From positions 107,559 through 171,558 of the forward strand of contig JALUEE010000033.1 of assembly GCA_027053075.1 (NCBI GenBank): a DNA stretch of 64,000 bases. The letters are read 5' to 3'. The notes beneath the pieces are model-generated. The model saw only the letters and a list, made by a program, of their open reading frames with translations, was not told the DNA's origin and searched no databases. Shown here piece by piece: positions 21,667 to 30,197 of the stretch; positions within the stretch are counted from its first letter, which is position 1; the number at the start of each line of letters is the position of its first letter. This DNA comes from a candidate division WOR-3 bacterium. GTDB taxonomy: Bacteria > Hydrothermota > Hydrothermia > B15-G9 > WFZT01. A program made the translations under genes and the position numbers.

Positions 21667-21712
21667 GGAATGCCTCTTCCCCACAAGCCTCGCTTGTGGG
21701 GAGAGGCATTCC
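21667..21712. repeat. Long REP-like hairpin downstream of DUF438 gene
   Basis: GGAATGCCTCTTCCCCACAAGC-CTC-GCTTGTGGGGAGAGGCATTCC (one bulged T). Confidence 0.7.
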
Positions 21713-21917
21713 TCCTGGAAATTAAAGCCTAAGATGAAGGTATCTCGAGGCTGGCTCACCAAGTGAGTTTTACAATTCATATCATACGGAAAATTCTAAA
21801 TAAGTAGCCCTGCAAGTATTTATGGGGGGAGAGAGGAAATTCTCAGGCAAAGTAAACATAACGAGAAGTGAAATTTTTGTAGAACATAGTAACAGTTTCA
21901 AACGAGCTCCCCATCAG

Positions 21918-21946
21918 TTGAATAAAATTGGTGTGGTTATTATAAT
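21918..21946 (+). promoter_or_regulatory. Promoter of tRNA-His
   Basis: TTGAAT-17-TATAAT. Confidence 0.7.
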
Positions 21947-21959
21947 TACTCCACCTCAC

Positions 21960-22037
21960 GGGGCGCGTAGCTCAGCTGGATAGAGCACCTGACTGTGGAT
22001 CAGGTGGCCGCGGGTTCGAATCCCGCCGCGCCCCCCA
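21960..22037 (+). tRNA. tRNA-His (GTG) with encoded G-1 and CCA
   Basis: G-GGGCGCG...CCTGA-CT-GTG-GA-TCAGG...GGTTCGAATCC..CGCGCCC-C-CCA; G-1:C73 His identity. Confidence 0.96.
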
Positions 22038-22041
22038 TTTT

Positions 22042-22950
22042 TTATCTCAAAAATATAAATTTCTTCCGTTCAACTATCCCCTTCTTGCTCTCAATAACCA
22101 TCATGTACACACCTGTGGGGATGTCCGGGCTCACCCTCTCAATAATCTCGTTTGAGGGTGCTCCGTAATGCTTTTTGAACACCAGTGCCCCGTTGGTTGA
22201 TACAATCTTCAAATAATAGTCCGTTATGCCGGCAGGCTTGATAAAACTAATCGTCCTTCTAAAAACCCCCTGTGCGGTGTGAAGTGTCTGGGGTATTGTA
22301 TCATGAGGTAGCGTATCATTTGGCAATGTATCCTGTGGCAGCGAATCCACAAGAAGAGGATATCTTATGGGAGTGTAGTGATACCTGTAATATGAGGTGT
22401 ATCTCAGGTCGAGACCTGTAGTAGACGGGCCTGGGCGCCGATCAGTGGCCTGAAATATATACAGTCTTGTGTGTGAGGAATCAGCCCATTGATAGAATAA
22501 AACCACGTGATGGTGTGGCCTATTGATGGCATCTCCCATTTTTAGAGAATCGTAAGAAATAGGATGTGTGATGTCCGGGAGCATGGCAGTACTGTACTTG
22601 TGAGGTAATTGCCACACTATAGTTATTAAGCCTGAGCAATCCTGGCCTGTTGCCCATGAGGGATCACCACCATAGGATATGCAATCATTGTCAGAATGTG
22701 AGCCCGCCCTCTGTCCCTGTGCGAGCTTCGCGAGAAATCTCGTGGGGTCATCCCAGCCTCCAAACTCATAGGCAACTCCATGATAGGTGTGCCCAACCTG
22801 GTAATCGGAATGCCAATCGGGGCAGTATGGAACCGGTGCCGCATTTATTGAATCGCAAACCCACTCAACATTTGCATTGGAAAAGGCCGAATCAATCACC
22901 TCCTGCCTCGGAATAACCAGCATCAGTGCAATCAATAGTGCATTCACCAT
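22042..22950 (-). CDS. Secreted NlpC/P60-like protein with T9SS-type C-terminal domain
   Basis: GVAYEFGG, GQDCSGL, GDAINRPHHHVVLF; DTLP-repeat linker; C-terminal PTGVYMM..KKFIFLR. Confidence 0.75.
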   Translation of the reverse strand: MVNALLIALMLVIPRQEVIDSAFSNANVEWVCDSINAAPVPYCPDWHSDYQVGHTYHGVAYEFGGWDDPTRFLAKLAQGQRAGSHSDNDCISYGGDPSWATGQDCSGLITIVWQLPHKYSTAMLPDITHPISYDSLKMGDAINRPHHHVVLFYQWADSSHTRLYIFQATDRRPGPSTTGLDLRYTSYYRYHYTPIRYPLLVDSLPQDTLPNDTLPHDTIPQTLHTAQGVFRRTISFIKPAGITDYYLKIVSTNGALVFKKHYGAPSNEIIERVSPDIPTGVYMMVIESKKGIVERKKFIFLR

Positions 22951-23699
22951 GTCACCTCCAGGATTTCAACTCCTTCCTCAAGATAGTTAACAATGTAGAG
23001 TGCGCCATCCCCCTCAATTCTGTAGGGTGGCCCATCCATCTGTGCAAAAAATATTGGCTCCCACCTGTATTCTTCTTTGCCATGTTTGAAATAAAAATTG
23101 CCACCTTTGAATCTCAAAAGTACAGGAATTCTACTGTTATCATAACCGACAACTGCTCCAGCCCTGGTATCCGTCGGGTCACCTTTGAGAAAATCCGACT
23201 TTGTCAAATTCCCTTTAAAGAGCGTAAAGAATGTTTCGATATTTCCTTTGTTTGCCGAGCTATACTTGATAAACATCACGTTGTTAGAGAAATCCTTGAG
23301 GAAATTTACAGAGGCCCCAACAACGGGAGCACTTACCCTGAGGACAGATTTCTCCACCAATTTACCATGCTCCATTCTTGCAATGGTGATGGAGTCCCAG
23401 TCTGAGTTCGCAAGATACACGTTCCCTTGCCAAAGCACGATATTGTCAAAGTATCCATCGAGTTTCCAGCTATCTTCAAAACTTCCATCCCTTCTAAAGA
23501 AAGCTATTCTTTTGTTGTAAATATCGAGGAATGCAATCCTGCCGTCTTCAACGTCAAATGCAAGAGGTCCCATATTGGGTCCTGCGTCCTCTTCCACCTT
23601 GAGCATAATTCCAAGCCGTCCATCTCCACTGCCCCACGGGATCATAAGGGTATCCACGTGCAGGCTCATGATTGCAAGCAAAATTAGTTTAATCATCAT
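22944..23699 (-). CDS. Hypothetical secreted protein (partial beta-propeller-like)
   Basis: Signal peptide; IPWGSGDGRLG..GPLAFDV..FLDIYNKRI. Confidence 0.6.
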   Translation of the reverse strand: MMIKLILLAIMSLHVDTLMIPWGSGDGRLGIMLKVEEDAGPNMGPLAFDVEDGRIAFLDIYNKRIAFFRRDGSFEDSWKLDGYFDNIVLWQGNVYLANSDWDSITIARMEHGKLVEKSVLRVSAPVVGASVNFLKDFSNNVMFIKYSSANKGNIETFFTLFKGNLTKSDFLKGDPTDTRAGAVVGYDNSRIPVLLRFKGGNFYFKHGKEEYRWEPIFFAQMDGPPYRIEGDGALYIVNYLEEGVEILEVTW

Positions 23700-24309
23700 A
23701 CTCCTTCCATGGTTTTTTGACCTTACAGGCTATTTTCAGCATCCGGTAAATGTTCTGTCCAAGTCTTCTTGCGTAAAGTACAGCCTCTTCATCCTTCCCT
23801 ACGCTACCACGCCCCACTGAGTAAACCAGCGAATATGGAGTGATAAGCATCCCATTGTCATTGGCAAATGCCATAAGGTTGGAAATCACCTGAGTTGCCC
23901 CATCTTCCTCTGCTGCCACCACAAACCCTGCCACTTTGTTGTCAAGGAGTTTACCCGCGTTCTCCAGCGCAGTAAGTCTGTCAATAAAATTCTTCATAAC
24001 CCCGGACATATTGTACCAGTAAACAGGTGTCGCAAAAATTATAGCGTCTGCAAGGATTATCTTGCTGTGCAAACTCTTCATGGAATCTTCCAGGACCCCC
24101 TGTGTGCAATTCTTAGGGTTACACAACTTTGGGTCATCTGAATAGCATCCCATGCAGAACCTGATGGGGTGGTCTATGAGATGAATGATCTCAATCTCCA
24201 CCTTGTCAAACTTTCGGAGCTCCTCAATCACGTAATTCAGCAATTCCGCTGTCCTGCCTTCTTTTCTCGGCGAACCGTGAACAGCAATAACTTTAAAACT
24301 TTTGCACAT
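23689..24309 (-). CDS. Flavodoxin-fold iron-sulfur flavoprotein / NADPH-dependent FMN reductase family
   Basis: HGSPRKEGRT, CMGC..C..C, ATPVYWYNMSGVMKNFIDRL. Confidence 0.88.
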   Translation of the reverse strand: MCKSFKVIAVHGSPRKEGRTAELLNYVIEELRKFDKVEIEIIHLIDHPIRFCMGCYSDDPKLCNPKNCTQGVLEDSMKSLHSKIILADAIIFATPVYWYNMSGVMKNFIDRLTALENAGKLLDNKVAGFVVAAEEDGATQVISNLMAFANDNGMLITPYSLVYSVGRGSVGKDEEAVLYARRLGQNIYRMLKIACKVKKPWKEYDD

Positions 24310-24898
24310 GACTCCTTACCCTTTCTAAAAGTTCCCGATACTCCTCTTTTGCCCCCTTTAGATTTGCAGACCTCGGGGCATAAAATAGCACGAGGATATT
24401 TCTCGTCCGGATAGTTGTCATTGTTCTTTTAGAGTCGGAGATGGGACTGCCAAACCCTCCTCGCTCGTCAAATGCGGCAATCTTTTTGTGCAGATTAAAA
24501 ATCCGGTTGTTAATTGCCTGATAACTCTCACCTTCTCTCCCAACTCTAATCTCGATTGGTGGACTGATCTCGTCGTAGTCATAGACGCCAATAGGGATTC
24601 TGTATTTCACCGAGATGTAATTATTGATATCAACCACGGGATTGATCGAAGGAATACTCTTTCCATTTATCAGACGTCTTATAAGCGCCTCTGCAGACGG
24701 CCTGTACCTTGAAGGATCAGTGCCAACAGCTTTAAAAATCTGCCTCATATCCTGAATTTCAGGTGTAACGAGGTCTGCTGGATCCGCAGAGAGGCTTATT
24801 AAAAGATGCGAAAAATCTGCACTTTCCATATCTATGTCGTGAGCCTCCAGGCTTTCCACCTGGAGCCCAAGTCCTATCAATTTTTCTTCTATTTTCAT
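24293..24898 (-). CDS. Stand-alone B3/B4 (PheRS beta editing-like) domain protein
   Basis: DPSRYRPSAEALIRR, INPVVDINNYIS, GVYDYD, GSPISDSKRT. Confidence 0.88.
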   Translation of the reverse strand: MKIEEKLIGLGLQVESLEAHDIDMESADFSHLLISLSADPADLVTPEIQDMRQIFKAVGTDPSRYRPSAEALIRRLINGKSIPSINPVVDINNYISVKYRIPIGVYDYDEISPPIEIRVGREGESYQAINNRIFNLHKKIAAFDERGGFGSPISDSKRTMTTIRTRNILVLFYAPRSANLKGAKEEYRELLERVRSHVQKF

Positions 24899-25836
24899 GG
24901 TACAATCCTTGTGCCTCCTTTTCCGTGGATTGCTTCGAGGGACAAATCAAGTGACGTAATGATAACCTCATCTCCACCATTTTCAAGGAATTCAATCGCA
25001 GCTTCTACCTTGGGGCCCATACTTCCTGGGGGGAACTGACCTTCCGCGTAATGCCTTTTTATCTCGTCGAGGTGGACTTCTCTTAGCTCCCGCTGAGTGG
25101 GCTTGCCAAAATCGAGATAAACGTAGGGAACTTCAGTGAGTATAACGAGTTTCTCGGCCCCGATATTGCGTGCCAGCACTGCTGAAGCAAGGTCCTTATC
25201 AATTACCGCTTCCACTCCTCGAAAACCTCCATCCTCCTTTATGATCGGAATTCCACCGCCACCTGCTGCAATTACAATCTCACCATCATCTACAAGTTTC
25301 TTGATCTCCCCTGCCTCCAGCACCTCGAGGGGCTTCGGAGAAGGAACCACAACTCTATACCCACGGTTGGCGTCATTTTTAAAGACCAGTGATGGAAATT
25401 TCTTCTTCAGTTCGAGCATCTCACTCTCTGTGAAAAAGTTACCGATGGGCTTTGTGGGGTTTCGAAAAGCAGGGTCATTTTTATCCACGATCACACGAGT
25501 AACGACAGTGGTTACATGCCTTCTCATATTCAGCTCTGCCATTCGATTTGTGATGGCAAGGGAGATGATATATCCCATCCATCCCTGAGTCTCCGCATTT
25601 AATACATCAAGCGGATAGGGTGGATATTTATCCCTTGCAAGTATATTGCGGAAAAACTCAACCCCTACCTGTGGACCATTGCCGTGGGTGATGACTATCC
25701 TGTAACCTTCCCTAATTAGTTCAACAATTGGTACAAGCGACCTTTTAGCCCTGTTATACTGATGCTCGATGGTAAAAGTCTCACCTTTGCTTCTCAGTGC
25801 ATTTCCACCAAGAGCGATGACGACTTTTCTATCCAT
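24895..25836 (-). CDS. arcC: Carbamate kinase
   Basis: IALGGNAL, THGNGPQVG, PTKPIG, RVVVPSPKP, GGGGIP, VIDKD, GSMGPKV. Confidence 0.95.
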   Translation of the reverse strand: MDRKVVIALGGNALRSKGETFTIEHQYNRAKRSLVPIVELIREGYRIVITHGNGPQVGVEFFRNILARDKYPPYPLDVLNAETQGWMGYIISLAITNRMAELNMRRHVTTVVTRVIVDKNDPAFRNPTKPIGNFFTESEMLELKKKFPSLVFKNDANRGYRVVVPSPKPLEVLEAGEIKKLVDDGEIVIAAGGGGIPIIKEDGGFRGVEAVIDKDLASAVLARNIGAEKLVILTEVPYVYLDFGKPTQRELREVHLDEIKRHYAEGQFPPGSMGPKVEAAIEFLENGGDEVIITSLDLSLEAIHGKGGTRIVP

Positions 25837-26209
25837 TTTCTCTCCTCTCAATCACAACCACAGCAATGGCATGATGCTCAGTGTGAGAAAGACTCACATC
25901 TACGTGGGCACCATTCAGAAACTCAAGAGCTTTACCGTATAGTCTCAAAATCGGCTTCCCGCTTGGCAAATTTATTACCTCAATGTCAATGAATCTAACT
26001 CCTTTTCTCATACCAGTTCCAATTGCTTTAGAAAACGCTTCCTTTGCCGCAAATCTTGCGGCATAGCACTCCTCATAGTTTTTTCTCTTTTCACACTCTT
26101 CGATCTCGGCCTCTGTGAAAATCCGTTTCTTAAATTTTTCTCTGTGCCTTTCAAAGATCTTCTTCAGTCTATCAATTTCAACAAGGTCAACACCCACAAA
26201 AATCGGCAT
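25829..26209 (-). CDS. acpS: Holo-ACP synthase
   Basis: GVDLVEIDR, AARFAAKEAFSKAIGTG, VSLSHT. Confidence 0.95.
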   Translation of the reverse strand: MPIFVGVDLVEIDRLKKIFERHREKFKKRIFTEAEIEECEKRKNYEECYAARFAAKEAFSKAIGTGMRKGVRFIDIEVINLPSGKPILRLYGKALEFLNGAHVDVSLSHTEHHAIAVVVIERRENG

Positions 26210-26212
26210 AAA

Positions 26213-28654
26213 TTAAAACCTATAGTCAAAACTCAGATTAAAGGAAAATGCGTTCCTCTCCTCACTGAATCCAGTAAGCCAGTTGCCGGTGATGGGATTG
26301 TAAATCCCCTGCCCGAGCAACCCACCGTGAGGATAGTATGTGTTTTTAAGCCTGAATTTAAGTTTTACACCCATGTTTCTTGTGAGCCTTTCCACAATCG
26401 AGAAATACACCTTGTTGCCATTGCCGTACATGAAATCAATTCCAGTATCCTCAAATCCCCACTGAGACATCCCGTTGTTCCTCCATACTGTGGTGCCAAG
26501 CCTGAAATCGAGGCTACGCGCTACCGGATACTGAAGGTCGAGGGCAAGGTATCCACCGTTTATCTCATTGGAATAGTCTTCTCTCGGAGTAAGAAGCACC
26601 CTTGAGTGCCTCAGTGTAATTCCCATGTATGTTCCGCGAAAAACATAATAAAGCCTCAGCGTGGTCTCGTAGGTCAGGCTTCTTGTGATCCCTAAGTATC
26701 TTGCACTATGCCTGTTCTGTATTTTCTCGGTAAACCTCAACCTCAGGGGATTCACCAGCCTATACTCCACGCTTCCCTGGAATCTGTAATTGTCAAGCAT
26801 GGTGGTGTTATCTCGCCAAACATCGAGGTAAACCCGCGGGAATATCAACTTTGAGGACATCTGGTACCGCGATTCCACATAAATTCCGGTCTCGGGCTTC
26901 GGTACAGGAAAATTAGAAAGATTGGAATAAAGTGGATCGTTCAAACGATAATTTCTATCAAGAACCGTGTATTGAAAACGCGACGCCTCCTGAAAAGTTC
27001 TCATGTAAGGATTCATGTAATCCACGCCATAGTGCCTGAAAATTATGTTGAAATAGTAAGGGTTTTCCTGAATCCGTGCCTTAAGAAGATATGCAGAACC
27101 AGCATCTTTCTGCTTTGCCGCCTCAAGCTCAATGGAGAACGGGAATAGAACCGTCCTGAGCTCGAGACTACCAAATAGGTTTTCCTTACCGGTGTGCCAT
27201 TCAAATGCTGGCCCGCTTGCCTCTTCGCGAGAAAACGGTTTTGTGACATCTTCCCAGGCAAGCGAAAATGGTTTTGAATAGGTAAGTTTCATCAAATTTA
27301 GAGCAACCTGAGTGCCAACCGGCAGGGTGTTACCACCAAGATTAAACCTCAAACTCGTTGCAAGGACTCTTTCGGTTAGTTTGTTTTTAAAAACTGATGG
27401 AGCCGGATGCCCGACAAAATAAAAGAGCGGATTTCCATCCCTATCCAGTATGGCATTTCTTGAATTTTTCGAGTAAACAAAAATTGGGTTGAATCCAAGA
27501 TACTTAAATTCAAAGGCAACTCCATTGAAGGCAAAGTCTGTATTGGATGTAACATCACCGTAAATCCCACGTGCCCTGCTTATCAACCTATCTCTCAGCT
27601 CATCACTGTTGTCCAGAACAAGCCCTTGCCCAAGCGTGACCCTGATATTGCCGACATACAATTTTGAAAGGTAGAAATGCTTTGCCAGTTTGACCTTCTC
27701 AACGCCGATGAAACCCTTCTTGAGCTCGTTCACCCTCGTGGGACTCTTCTCAAAAAGCAGTCCGAATCTGAGTTTTCCCCTGACATTTGAAACAACCTTC
27801 GTCCTGAAGTATGGATAGTTTCTGAGGGCAGATAAATCTTCTCTCTCTTTTCTCAGCCTCGAGGCAAGGGAATCAATCTCTTCATCAGTCCAGCCAGACC
27901 TTCGGTAGTCCTCGCGCGAGAGGCTATCAGAGAGATTTGAAATGACATCGCTGATAAGAGACTCGCCGATATAGATATCGGGATAGTATGACGAGTAAAT
28001 ATTGAGCCATCCATCCACAATTCTTGGCTTTCTATCACGGTAGGTGACAAAATTCACCATGTTACGGTAGCCATAGTAAGAAAGATGTGGAACACGTCTC
28101 AAATCGCGACGATTCCTCAAAGGAAGAATTCGCGCCCTTCTCACTACTGCAGCGGCATCTATCAATGAAACTCTATCAAGTGCATAGAGTTCATCAACCT
28201 CTGCCTTATTCACATTAATGGGTTCCACAAGCTTCAGAATCCACCAATCGAGGGCACTCTCCCTCGGTGATTCCTCACTCGCAGTCCGTGAGCGCACCCT
28301 CTGGATATCGAAAATCAGGTTTCTCCCCTCCCTTCTCGGTTTTATGTAAATATATTTCTTCCACCTTGCGAGGTCTCCGGCATTCACACCCTTGATTTTA
28401 GAAAGTTCGTAGTAACTCGAAATCCCCCCATGGTAAAAGATGTATTGGTATATGTTCTTTGCCTTCCACTCAGGGACAGTTTTCTCTTTGAGAATGTCCT
28501 CAAGAGAGACAGTTGTATCGGGATGAGCCTTCAGAATTTCATGATAAATGGAATCTGCATCCTGATAGCCTACAGGAAGCTTTTTTATTTCATCCAGCGT
28601 GGCATTGTTTATGTTTATCCTGAAGGCTAAAAGAATTAAAAAAAGAATATTCAC
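26213..28654 (-). CDS. Helix-hairpin-helix domain outer-membrane protein (ComEA-like N-terminus, beta-barrel C-terminus)
   Basis: ININNATLDEIKKLP and PINVNKAEVDELYAL HhH repeats; GNIRVTLGQGLVL; ends with aromatic FDYRF. Confidence 0.7.
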   Translation of the reverse strand: MNILFLILLAFRININNATLDEIKKLPVGYQDADSIYHEILKAHPDTTVSLEDILKEKTVPEWKAKNIYQYIFYHGGISSYYELSKIKGVNAGDLARWKKYIYIKPRREGRNLIFDIQRVRSRTASEESPRESALDWWILKLVEPINVNKAEVDELYALDRVSLIDAAAVVRRARILPLRNRRDLRRVPHLSYYGYRNMVNFVTYRDRKPRIVDGWLNIYSSYYPDIYIGESLISDVISNLSDSLSREDYRRSGWTDEEIDSLASRLRKEREDLSALRNYPYFRTKVVSNVRGKLRFGLLFEKSPTRVNELKKGFIGVEKVKLAKHFYLSKLYVGNIRVTLGQGLVLDNSDELRDRLISRARGIYGDVTSNTDFAFNGVAFEFKYLGFNPIFVYSKNSRNAILDRDGNPLFYFVGHPAPSVFKNKLTERVLATSLRFNLGGNTLPVGTQVALNLMKLTYSKPFSLAWEDVTKPFSREEASGPAFEWHTGKENLFGSLELRTVLFPFSIELEAAKQKDAGSAYLLKARIQENPYYFNIIFRHYGVDYMNPYMRTFQEASRFQYTVLDRNYRLNDPLYSNLSNFPVPKPETGIYVESRYQMSSKLIFPRVYLDVWRDNTTMLDNYRFQGSVEYRLVNPLRLRFTEKIQNRHSARYLGITRSLTYETTLRLYYVFRGTYMGITLRHSRVLLTPREDYSNEINGGYLALDLQYPVARSLDFRLGTTVWRNNGMSQWGFEDTGIDFMYGNGNKVYFSIVERLTRNMGVKLKFRLKNTYYPHGGLLGQGIYNPITGNWLTGFSEERNAFSFNLSFDYRF

Positions 28655-28687
28655 CTCTAAATCCTCCCTTACCAGAAATTCCCGAAA

Positions 28688-29524
28688 TCAGGGAACGAAT
28701 TTGAACGTAACAGTATGGGTAAGTGGCAGGTCCGGATTATACCACAGTGCGTAATCAAACTGGAACTTTCTGACCTTAAGCCCAACGCCGCTGGTGAACC
28801 TAAAAAGAGAGCCCTCACTCATCAGTCCGGCACGGAGTTTTGCAAATTCCAGAACCTTAACTTCCTCTCCAATGGAAATTCTCACAGGATAGTCCTTTGA
28901 TTCTCTGAGTTCAAATGATGTCAGCGAATACCTGCCACCCTTGAAAGAGACTCCACCCTGAATCCAGAATGGTAGCTCTTCGGTGCCTGTTTGAGCCGTA
29001 AGCCTCGGATTATTCAGATTGTGAATGGAAAACCCAAGGCTCCATCTATCATAAATCTTTGCAAGAACACCAAAATCAATGCCAAAAGTGGTTGCATTTC
29101 CAAGATTCATGGGATTCTGGAGATGATAGACATTGAGGTTGAAACCGGCATATAAATTTGACGAGACGGGAAATCCATGCGAAAGCACGATGGTATTCTC
29201 AGCATAGGTCTCATTATCAAACTGCGCTGAAAGCCTCAGAATAGAGACTGCAAACTTGCGATTGAGGATTTTGAGAGGTCCATACTGGAGTGTCAGCCCT
29301 TTTAGTCCGGCTCCGAGTGAGGAGTAAAGGTAGTTGTAATAGGCTGATATTTCGCGACCGTTCAGGGTAGCCGTAGCAGCGGGGTTAAAAATCACGCCTT
29401 CCACGCCCTCTGCGATGGATGTGTAAGCATTGGCAAGGGCATCGGAGCGTGAGCCTGAGTAGTCAAACTCAAAGGCTGCATTCAAAAGAGAAAATGTGAG
29501 AATAACAATTCCTATCCATTTCAT
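28688..29524 (-). CDS. PorV/PorQ-like outer-membrane beta-barrel protein
   Basis: GSRSDALANAYTSIA..IFNPA, GIDFGVL, LRAGL, FDYA; start at ATG 29524. Confidence 0.7.
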   Translation of the reverse strand: MKWIGIVILTFSLLNAAFEFDYSGSRSDALANAYTSIAEGVEGVIFNPAATATLNGREISAYYNYLYSSLGAGLKGLTLQYGPLKILNRKFAVSILRLSAQFDNETYAENTIVLSHGFPVSSNLYAGFNLNVYHLQNPMNLGNATTFGIDFGVLAKIYDRWSLGFSIHNLNNPRLTAQTGTEELPFWIQGGVSFKGGRYSLTSFELRESKDYPVRISIGEEVKVLEFAKLRAGLMSEGSLFRFTSGVGLKVRKFQFDYALWYNPDLPLTHTVTFKFVP

Positions 29525-29580
29525 ACCCCACAATTATAATTGACCTTCCTCAAAATATACAAGCTGGGGGAAAATGAGGA

Positions 29581-29743
29581 GGAGATGGGATGAGTGAGTG
29601 GTTTCTTCCCTACCCCTGGGGCTTTACCCCTGAGAGGAGATATCTCCTCTCAGGGGGGCCTCGTTATTCGTGCCTGAATCACTCGATTCAGGAGGTTAGG
29701 CTATTTTTCAAACACTCTGAGAGGAGATGCTCATCCCATCTCC
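29581..29743. repeat. Nested inverted-repeat element with 30-bp perfect palindrome
   Basis: 14-bp outer IR GGAGATGGGATGAG/CTCATCCCATCTCC; CCCCTGAGAGGAGAT|ATCTCCTCTCAGGGG at 29627-29656; CCTGAATC-ACTC-GATTCAGG at 29673-29692. Confidence 0.75.
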
Positions 29744-29799
29744 ATTTTTAAATAGCAATAATTTTATAAAACTTTTCCTTTGAGAATTCAAGAGGTCGG

Positions 29800-30152
29800 C
29801 AACCTGTTCGAAAATGTTCCTCTGGTTACTTTTAGCTCCGAGTGAATAGATTGAATATAGAAGTGAGGTTAAACAAGTTACCTTAAGCATCTTAAGTAGC
29901 AAACTCCCCCCCTTCCTCTGGAAGGGAGGGTTGGGGTGGAATGGATAAATTTAGTTGTATCAATGTATGTTCAGAAATATAGCTCCATTAGACATTTCAA
30001 ATCCAAGGATTGTTAATTTTACCCCATTCTCCCCTGCCCCCTCCTTCCCCTGGGAAGGAGGGAGAATTTACGACGGGTCTGCTATAATTAATGGGATTAT
30101 GAGGGTCTTTTAAAAAGGTGCAACTTAAATTTAGGATATTTCGAACAGGCTC
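29800..30152. mobile_element. MITE (353 bp) with 9-bp target-site duplication
   Basis: TIRs CAACCTGTTCGAAA / TTTCGAACAGGCTC; direct repeat AGAGGTCGG at 29791-29799 and 30153-30161; internal REP-like hairpins. Confidence 0.75.
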
Positions 30153-30197
30153 AGAGGTCGGTGAGTCCTGAAAGATCATCCCTCAGGTTCTACCATT

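Noticed and set aside
21960..22950. Island integrated at tRNA-His or tRNA-Ala
   Set aside because: No integrase and no duplicated tRNA 3' end seen in the window; flanking genes look native.
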